Position numbers and translations under genes: made by a program. A model generated the notes under the pieces. That model was not told the DNA's origin. It ran no database searches and saw nothing but the letters and a program-made list of their open reading frames with translations. From assembly GCA_050618055.1 (NCBI GenBank), contig JBNLVK010000109.1, forward strand, positions 4,433 through 68,432: a stretch of DNA of 64,000 bases. The letters are read 5' to 3'. Numbering within the stretch: position 1 is the stretch's first letter; every line of letters begins with the position of its first letter. This DNA comes from Myxococcota bacterium. GTDB lineage: Bacteria; Myxococcota_A; UBA9160; SMWR01. Shown one piece after another: positions 57,813 through 64,000 of this stretch.

Positions 57813-58109
57813 CACATGGGCCAACAGGTCCATGTGCCCACAGTCCCGTTGTCCGACATGCGCCTGGGCGGATGGGCCCATTGGCCAACGGGACTACGCG
57901 CGAAGAGAACGGCGAAGGCTGCTCCGAAGCGGCAACGGCCTCGGTGGAGCCCAGAGGCCTATGCGCCTACAGCCCAACGGGCTCCTAGTGCCATTGGCCA
58001 GTGGGGACACGGGCAAGCACGCCCAGCAGAACGGCGAACCATGGGACCAGGTAGCCGAAGCCCTACAGGCGTGTAGGCCAATGGGCAAGTAGTCCTGTTG
58101 TCCCACAGG
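57813..58109. repeat. Arrays of degenerate 8-bp repeats upstream of parA (centromere-like)
   Basis: CACATGGG CCAACAGG TCCATGTG CCCACAGT CCCGTTGT CCGACATG (57813-57860); CCTACAGG CGTGTAGG CCAATGGG CAAGTAGT CCTGTTGT CCCACAGG (58062-58109); shorter blocks between. Confidence 0.7.
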
Positions 58110-58178
58110 GAAACGGTCCCACGCGCCCGGACGCCCGGAGGACTCGCTTCCGCCAGTATTCGATATTAGAATAGGGGC

Positions 58179-58403
58179 TCAGGAAGGATCAAAGAAATAC
58201 TGGACCGGCTTTCCATAGAGCCTGGCGAAGGCCTGAAGCTCCATGACATCAACCCGCCGGTCTCCAGTCTCGGACTTTGAGACAAAGGCTTGGTCGCGGC
58301 GGAGCCTGCGGGCCGCCTCGACCTGGGTCATGCCAGCCTCCTCGCGAGCGGTGCGGAGGCGAACGAGAAAGCGGCCGTAGGCGCGGCCGCGCGTGGCATC
58401 CAT
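58179..58403 (-). CDS. XRE-family HTH regulator
   Basis: LRTAREEAGMTQVEAA..QAFVSKSETGDRRVDV.EL. Confidence 0.9.
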   Translation of the reverse strand: MDATRGRAYGRFLVRLRTAREEAGMTQVEAARRLRRDQAFVSKSETGDRRVDVMELQAFARLYGKPVQYFFDPS

Positions 58404-58474
58404 GGGCACAGCCCAGAGGATTTCTTCTATTTCGGAATATTCGTTTTCAGAATATTTGGCGCGAGGAAGCGGGA

Positions 58475-59230
58475 ATGAGCGGAAATGAGCGGCCTGGCGG
58501 CGTGGGTGAGGGGGGGACAGCCAATAGCGGGAAGAACGCCTCCTCGGGGCGGTCTTGGCCCATTCTGGGGATACTGGTGATCCAGGCCGTCTTCGCCGGC
58601 AGGGCCGGGGCGCTCACCATCATCTTCGATGACACTGCGGGCCTTGCTCCGCCGACCTTCGCCCAGGCCGTCCCTGGCGGCGAGTTCGGCCCCGTGGTTG
58701 CCGATGGCCCAGTGACCGTGCAGGGCGGGGTCATTCTGCTGGCGATCACGCCGAGCGATCAGGCAGCGACCAGCTTGCCCAACCTCTACGCGACCACTGA
58801 CTTCCTGCCCTTGGCGGACGGCACGCTGCTGCCCGGGTCCATCACCGGCTCGCTCGCGATCTCGGCGACGTCGGTATCCCTTGCCATAGGCAATGGCCAC
58901 CAGTTCCCGGCGACCTTCACGCTGACCGCGTTCAAGGGCGCGAGCCCCGTTGCCAGCGACGCCGTGAGCCTCGATCCATTCGGATCAGGAGCCGGATTCG
59001 TCGGGCAGCTGTCGGTGGCAGCGGGCGAGGGGATCACATCCTTCACGGTTGCATCCGATCAGCCACTGGGCGCCAAGGTCTTCTCGATCGACACGGTCGA
59101 GATCGTGCTCATTCCCGAGCCGTCAACGGGAGGATTGCTCGGTCTGGGCCTTGGTCTTCTGGCTGGCTGGCGTCAAGGCGCGATGCGAAATGCGAGGCCA
59201 CAATCCTGTCCCCGGGATCGTTCGGCATAG
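58475..59230 (+). CDS. PEP-CTERM surface protein
   Basis: Signal peptide ending AGA|LTIIFDD; IPEPSTGGLLGLGLGLLAGWR. Confidence 0.85.
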   Translation: MSGNERPGGVGEGGTANSGKNASSGRSWPILGILVIQAVFAGRAGALTIIFDDTAGLAPPTFAQAVPGGEFGPVVADGPVTVQGGVILLAITPSDQAATSLPNLYATTDFLPLADGTLLPGSITGSLAISATSVSLAIGNGHQFPATFTLTAFKGASPVASDAVSLDPFGSGAGFVGQLSVAAGEGITSFTVASDQPLGAKVFSIDTVEIVLIPEPSTGGLLGLGLGLLAGWRQGAMRNARPQSCPRDRSA

Positions 59231-59988
59231 GTCGCGAGATCCACAGCCGGCCACTCAAGGCACGCATCGGCGGCACCCATGACTGCGGCGGGACCGTAGG
59301 CGACGACACCTCCCTTCACGGGGCCGCCGTCGTCCAGCTTGCGGTCAATCCACGCAGCGTCACGCGGCCGGAGGACTTGCTTGCCGGGGATGGCCGGAAC
59401 CAAGTCATCCCCGATCCCGCGCTGAAGCACCACGAAGGTGCCCGAGGGCTGATCGGCCAACGGTGGCCAGCCGGGCAGAGGGTGGGTAAGTCCACCATCG
59501 GCGTGTTTCACGTGAAAGCCACCCCCGACTGGGGCGGCCGGATGCGTCTGGCCCCAGGCGATGTCCGGAGCGGAAAGAGGCGCCAGGCCCCCGATCAGAC
59601 CTGTCAGAGCGAGGTGCGACCAGAACAGCACGGTCTCCCGCTCCGCAGCAGCACCAGAGGTCTGATGCTGAGTTATCGCTCCTGGCAGGCCAACAACACC
59701 GTCGCCTGCGCCAGGAGAGCCGGACGGCGCATCGCAGGCCGCCGCACTCAGACAGCCTGGAATCCTGCGGGACGCGTCACGGAGATCGCCGGGCAGACCA
59801 GAGTAGCGGTCCAGAAAGATCGCAGTTGCGGATGCGTAGGACTGAACTGCAGACACCGTCTGCGAAAGCCGCGCCCGAGCCGTGTACTCGTCCGCCAGCA
59901 TCAGGGCAGACAACAGCAGCCCGATCACGAGAATCACGATTGCCATCTCAACGAGGGTGAAGCCTCGATCTGAGGGTGGGTGCTCCAT
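59173..59988 (-). CDS. Orphan type IV pilin-like protein
   Basis: GGAG RBS; G|FTLVEMAIVILVIGLLL; LPGD, FWSHL, IDRKLDDG. Confidence 0.88.
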   Translation of the reverse strand: MEHPPSDRGFTLVEMAIVILVIGLLLSALMLADEYTARARLSQTVSAVQSYASATAIFLDRYSGLPGDLRDASRRIPGCLSAAACDAPSGSPGAGDGVVGLPGAITQHQTSGAAAERETVLFWSHLALTGLIGGLAPLSAPDIAWGQTHPAAPVGGGFHVKHADGGLTHPLPGWPPLADQPSGTFVVLQRGIGDDLVPAIPGKQVLRPRDAAWIDRKLDDGGPVKGGVVAYGPAAVMGAADACLEWPAVDLATYAERSRGQDCGLAFRIAP

Positions 59989-60064
59989 CACTCCATCCTG
60001 ACAGCTCGGGGTTAAAGACCGGTAAACGTGAGCCTGTCCTGTCGCTTGGAACGCCTCGGCGAAC

Positions 60065-60361
60065 GGCAACCAGGTGGGGGCTGGTTATCCACAGGAATCT
60101 GGGGGATGGACGAGGTCGCCCGCCGTTTCAGTGATTCCTGGATTCAAGAGATTCTGATTCCGCGGCGAATCACGAAGCGATTCCAGCGGCATGAGGTCCG
60201 ACCGGCAACCTCTTGGGGGCAATCCGGCAACCCGCTGGGGGCTCATCGGCACCGAATCGGGCGATCGAAAGCAACCGGCTGGGGGATAGAGGGCAACCAC
60301 TCGGGGGAACACGACCGCATTCAGCGCGGTTCCCGAACCCGAAAAGCAACCTCTCGGGGGA
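60065..60361 (+). promoter_or_regulatory. Plasmid replication origin: DnaA box, GANTC cluster, 22-bp iterons
   Basis: TTATCCACA 60085-60093; RGCAACC-N4-GGGGG at 60204, 60226, (60248 degenerate), 60270, 60292, plus 60065 and 60345. Confidence 0.85.
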
Positions 60362-60436
60362 TTGAGCCGAGCCGCGAATCGTCGTACGAGGGAGTTGTGG
60401 GCCCGGCACAGCGCGGATGCCCCCGAGAGGTTGCCG

Positions 60437-61270
60437 ATGGCGATAGCCGCTGCCAAACAAGAGCCAAGGAAATGGGTGCGCACGGTAGACCGCACGCCCA
60501 GACGCGGCGAAATGCTCAAGCCGGGCGAGATGATCGACATCCTGGGCACGAGCCAGCTCTCACTGCAGGATCGCAAGGTCTACAACCTGCTTGTGCACAA
60601 TGCGTTTGGGCCAAAGATGGCGGAGGAGGGCCACGAGTGGCAGATATCGCTTTCCAAGCTGCGCAGAAGCCACAAGAGCAACGACCGGGTTTCTGACACG
60701 ATCGAGCGGTTGATGAAGACGGTGGTCACAGCCCGCCTGCTCAACGGCAAGACCCGCAGATTCGCGCTCCTAGGCGGGAATGACATCGACGATGAGGATC
60801 GCCCCGACGGCGTCCTCAACTACAGCTTCGACCCGCGCCTCACGGAAGTCCTGAAGCAATCGATGAGCTTCGGCCGCCTTCACATGGCGGTGATGATGGC
60901 ATTCACCAGCCGATACGCCCTGGCGCTCTACGAGCACGTCGCGAAGCGCGTGCGCCTAGACTTCAAGCAATCCGAGACCTACCCGGTCGATCAGTTCCGC
61001 CGGATCCTCGGCGTGCCCGAAGGAACCCTCGAGCGCTTCAGCAGCCTCAACCAGAAGGCGATCAAACCGGCGCTCGAGGAGGTCAACGCGCTGGCTGACT
61101 TCACGTGCTGGGCGAAACCGATCAAGGCCTGCCGCCGCACGGAAGAGATCGAGCTCGGCTGGGAACTCAAGAGCGCGGAAGCCTGCGAAGCGGCGTATCA
61201 GGAAGTCCAACGGCCTCGGGTTGGCCGGCGGGCGCGGATTCGGGGGCAGGTCGATTCGGTAGCCGCTTAG
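60437..61270 (+). CDS. Rep_3-family plasmid replication initiator
   Basis: KPGEMID..LSLQDRKVYNLL, FTSRYALALYE, FRRILGV, LNQKAIKPALEEVN; directly after the iterons; start uncertain. Confidence 0.9.
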   Translation: MAIAAAKQEPRKWVRTVDRTPRRGEMLKPGEMIDILGTSQLSLQDRKVYNLLVHNAFGPKMAEEGHEWQISLSKLRRSHKSNDRVSDTIERLMKTVVTARLLNGKTRRFALLGGNDIDDEDRPDGVLNYSFDPRLTEVLKQSMSFGRLHMAVMMAFTSRYALALYEHVAKRVRLDFKQSETYPVDQFRRILGVPEGTLERFSSLNQKAIKPALEEVNALADFTCWAKPIKACRRTEEIELGWELKSAEACEAAYQEVQRPRVGRRARIRGQVDSVAA

Positions 61271-61399
61271 CCCCCCCGGGTAACACGGCGGACCCGGATG
61301 CGAACCAGGAACTCGGCTGATGCAGCGTCCGGTGCGGGCACCTCGTGTCCGCCCAATGCCAAGACCGCGGCGCTACTCTCCTGGCAGGGAGGACGTGCA

Positions 61400-62329
61400 G
61401 TGCAGGTTCACAGCCCCGACAGGGCTTGCGGGCCGAGGGTTCGCCGTCTTCTGCCGCTGGTGGCGGCTTGCGGTCTCGCGTCCCTCCTTGCGATGCCGTC
61501 GGGTGCAGCCTGCTTCGAGGCCGACTGCGCCGTCCGATGCCAGTCAACCGGCTATTGCGTGCTCTATTTCCCAGGAGCCGCATCGACGCCTTCGTTCATC
61601 ATCAGCCAGCGCCAGGATGCACTCAGGAATATCTCCACGAATCTCGATGTCGTGACGTTCAAGAATGGATCGGGGCTCGAGTACACGGCCGACGATTTCA
61701 CCACGGACACACCGGTCTTCCAGGCGCTCGCGGCGAATCCTGGCGTCAAGTTCATCACTTTGTGCACCAGCAGCGGATGCAATGAAGCGCGACGGCTGTA
61801 CAGCTCGGGCATTCTGGCTGGGCGTACGCCGTTGATCTTGGAGGCAGATCCACATCAGCTCAACTCGCCGATGCCGCGCGACCTTCCGGTGAACAGCGGG
61901 CCTGACAACTGGGTGACGTTCTACACGGGAACGCCTGACGGGGCGTTCTCCGTGGGCCCTCCGGGCTTCCGCGGATCGCCCCCGTTCGAGGTGATCGAGG
62001 TTCAGCTGAATACGTACCCCCATGGTCGTTTCGATCCGGAGTTCGACTACATCGAGTTCTTCACGGATCAACACGTGGGATCTGCAACGCACGGTGAGCA
62101 CACCTCGGAGCAGCTCATCTATGCCGAGGTCGATGCCCCGAGCCTGTTGGATTCGTATCTCACGTGGATCCGGACGTACGACGTCAACTACGACCCGGTG
62201 ACTCCCGGTGGGGACCCAGGCGTCACGGCACCCTCGATTCCGCCAGGCGGTGGCTCTGTCGGAGGGGCCAGTGGAGGCGGCGCCGGGATCGAGAGCCGCC
62301 CACTCTGGCTGAAGGAGCTTGGGAAATGA
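61400..62329 (+). CDS. Secreted hypothetical protein
   Basis: GGAGG RBS before GTG 61400, hydrophobic signal, Cys-rich start, Gly/Pro tail. Confidence 0.6.
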   Translation: MQVHSPDRACGPRVRRLLPLVAACGLASLLAMPSGAACFEADCAVRCQSTGYCVLYFPGAASTPSFIISQRQDALRNISTNLDVVTFKNGSGLEYTADDFTTDTPVFQALAANPGVKFITLCTSSGCNEARRLYSSGILAGRTPLILEADPHQLNSPMPRDLPVNSGPDNWVTFYTGTPDGAFSVGPPGFRGSPPFEVIEVQLNTYPHGRFDPEFDYIEFFTDQHVGSATHGEHTSEQLIYAEVDAPSLLDSYLTWIRTYDVNYDPVTPGGDPGVTAPSIPPGGGSVGGASGGGAGIESRPLWLKELGK

Positions 62330-64000
62330 GGCGGCGGATCACGGGCTTCTGGGCCGTGACACTGCTGCTGCTTGGCATCGCACCGGCGTTCGCCCAGGGT
62401 ATCAGCGATCCGGATATCCGCGCAGCGGCGGAGGCGGCACCCAAGTCCGGCTGGGATCAAACCTGGGGTGTTGCCAGCCATGTGCTCCCCGTGACGCATG
62501 CTGTAGAGGCGTCGATGCTGGAAGCGGGGCCCGCGGGTCAGCTCGCGCAAGAGTCCATTCTGGTCATCAAGACCATTCCCACGCCCTCGCTGCCGGACGG
62601 GATCTATCTCCACGACTACCGGCGGTGCTCGAGCATCCACCTGACTAGTTTGGCGGCCGTGGCAGACGTTAGCGCGGGAGGCGGGGAGTTCCTGCTGCTC
62701 GAAACAGAGAAGTCAAACATCCGCGAGTTCGCCGTCTACTTCATCGTCCATGATCTGGGAACGCAATGGCTCGTCGATAGCGAATACCTCGCTGACGACT
62801 ATGTGACCCAGGGAGCGCCGGCGGTCTACAACGTGCAGCTCTGGTCCTCCGACCCACAGGAGACCCTTGATGCGCTGGGGCGCTTCTTGACAGAGCTTGG
62901 AAGCCAGCGCCCGACCTCGTTTCTCAACACCACGACCAAGGTCCCGCCTCCAGTCTTTGCAAACTGGGTCAACCTGCGGGGCTCCGAGGTCACCATGCGA
63001 CTGCGCTCACCGGCCGGGGTCTCTGCGCTCGACATCACCACCGTGGCCTGGACCGCACCAAACCCCACGCCAACGATTCATGTCACGAATCTTGCGAGCG
63101 TTGGACCTTCCGAGATCGTGTCTATCGATCTCAGCGGTACGCATCCGAATCCGTCCGACGTCGAAGTCCAGTTCCATACGGGAGGGGCGAAGGCAGATCA
63201 GGTTTTCACGAGCTTCAACGCGTTTGGGGATGGCGCATCGAACTGGCTGCCGTTCGCGAGCGGAGATGGCTCTACAGCATCTCTGCAGCCGGTCGAACCG
63301 CCCTCGACGGCTCCACCGATGGCGGACGCTGAGGCTCGGCTAAACGGGTCCACAGTGCGACTCGATGCCCACCTCACGACAAATTCGAGCTTCATCGGGA
63401 TCTTCAGCGAGATCCTCCCTGAGCTGGCGACGCGTCCTGACTTCCGGGACTACGAGGATCTCAAGCTGCGCCTGGCCACCAGCCACGCCATGTCTCGATC
63501 GGTTGAACTCAAGCTCGAGTTCGAGGCCGGCGCTACGGCATCGCAAGTCGTGGTTCCGGCGGGAACCTGGACCGAGTACTCACTGCCTTTCTCGAGCTTC
63601 CTGATGGGCGGATCACCACTCGATTGGTCCACATGGGGCAACCGACTCGTGCGGGTCACGATTGCCGCGGTCGATGTTCCGGGTGAGCCAAGGGACTTCT
63701 CAATCGATGTTTCGACGCTCGAGTTCGCGCGCACGCCCCTATCGGCCTGCAACGACGGGCTCGACAATGATGGGGACGGATCGGTTGATGCTGCCGACAC
63801 GGGCTGCTCAGGTGCTGAGGACCGTTCTGAGTTCAACGAGGCGGTTGAGTGCGACGACGGCGCAGACAACGACGAAGATGGGCTGTTCGATTTTCCACAG
63901 GATCCTGACTGCACAAGTACGCTCGATGTAGTCGAACTTCCCGAACCATGTGTCGGGCTCGGAGTCATCGCAGGTGGTTTGTTCCTTGGCGGGCTCGTGC
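62326..64000 (+). CDS. PEP-CTERM surface protein with CBM-like domain and Cys/Asp repeats (3' partial; missing from the ORF track)
   Basis: ATGA coupling; MRRRITGFWAVTLLLLGIAPAFA signal; frame open to the window end; WTEYSLPFSSF, ACNDGLDNDGDGSVD, CDDGADNDEDG, ELPEPCVGLGVIAGGLFLGGLV. Confidence 0.8.
   Translation, partial: MRRRITGFWAVTLLLLGIAPAFAQGISDPDIRAAAEAAPKSGWDQTWGVASHVLPVTHAVEASMLEAGPAGQLAQESILVIKTIPTPSLPDGIYLHDYRRCSSIHLTSLAAVADVSAGGGEFLLLETEKSNIREFAVYFIVHDLGTQWLVDSEYLADDYVTQGAPAVYNVQLWSSDPQETLDALGRFLTELGSQRPTSFLNTTTKVPPPVFANWVNLRGSEVTMRLRSPAGVSALDITTVAWTAPNPTPTIHVTNLASVGPSEIVSIDLSGTHPNPSDVEVQFHTGGAKADQVFTSFNAFGDGASNWLPFASGDGSTASLQPVEPPSTAPPMADAEARLNGSTVRLDAHLTTNSSFIGIFSEILPELATRPDFRDYEDLKLRLATSHAMSRSVELKLEFEAGATASQVVVPAGTWTEYSLPFSSFLMGGSPLDWSTWGNRLVRVTIAAVDVPGEPRDFSIDVSTLEFARTPLSACNDGLDNDGDGSVDAADTGCSGAEDRSEFNEAVECDDGADNDEDGLFDFPQDPDCTSTLDVVELPEPCVGLGVIAGGLFLGGLV

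Larger units (their letters stand above)
46960..64000. mobile_element. Composite genomic island (right end outside the window)
   Basis: Begins at the tRNA fragment; visible drop in GC content and codon bias; terminase remnant, defence operon, tmRNA fragment, plasmid rep/par. Confidence 0.8.
53743..64000. mobile_element. Integrated iteron-type plasmid/integrative element
   Basis: ssrA fragment boundary, Rep_3 initiator, iterons, DnaA box, ParA plus adaptor plus centromere-like repeats. Confidence 0.75.

Noticed and set aside
60204-60310. CRISPR array
   Set aside because: 22-bp period with no spacers and adjacent to a Rep gene: these are iterons; no cas genes in the window

Overview
GC-rich bacterial chromosome segment. 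PEP-CTERM/IPTL-type sorting signals, a PilT paralogue, STAND regulators and Cys-rich dockerin-like tails suggest a Myxococcota-like host (inference only). 1-6.0 kb: end of an MSHA/type IV pilus/T2SS-like operon (PilM-PilN fusion, PilO- and PilP-like, secretin, TPR protein, pilin). 6-27 kb: accessory metabolism, including an enoyl-CoA hydratase split by an in-frame TAG, two TetRs, a desaturase, GST, NDH-2-like oxidoreductase, SDR, ABC1 kinase plus a B12-dependent CarH/LitR regulator with operator-like 11-bp repeats, cdd, beta-PGM plus GH65 phosphorylase, PilZ protein, quinone reductase, 7TM histidine kinase, 2OG-Fe(II) oxygenase and PilT. 27-46.7 kb: large secreted/surface proteins interleaved with STAND and LuxR-TolB-TPR regulators. 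One of these (35489-37927) looks like a circularly permuted surface protein with an internal sorting signal followed by a second signal peptide, the most novel item here. From 46.96 kb to the end: a visibly less GC-rich composite island. It starts at a tRNA-Arg 3' half (att-like) and holds a decayed terminase and a Lamassu/ABC-three-component defence operon. After a tmRNA 3' fragment (second att-like site) comes an integrated iteron plasmid (Rep_3, 22-bp iterons, DnaA box, GANTC cluster, ParA plus adaptor plus octamer centromere-like array) carrying an orphan pilin and PEP-CTERM proteins. No integrase, complete tRNA, rRNA or CRISPR array is visible. All product calls come from motif recognition by eye, not database searches.
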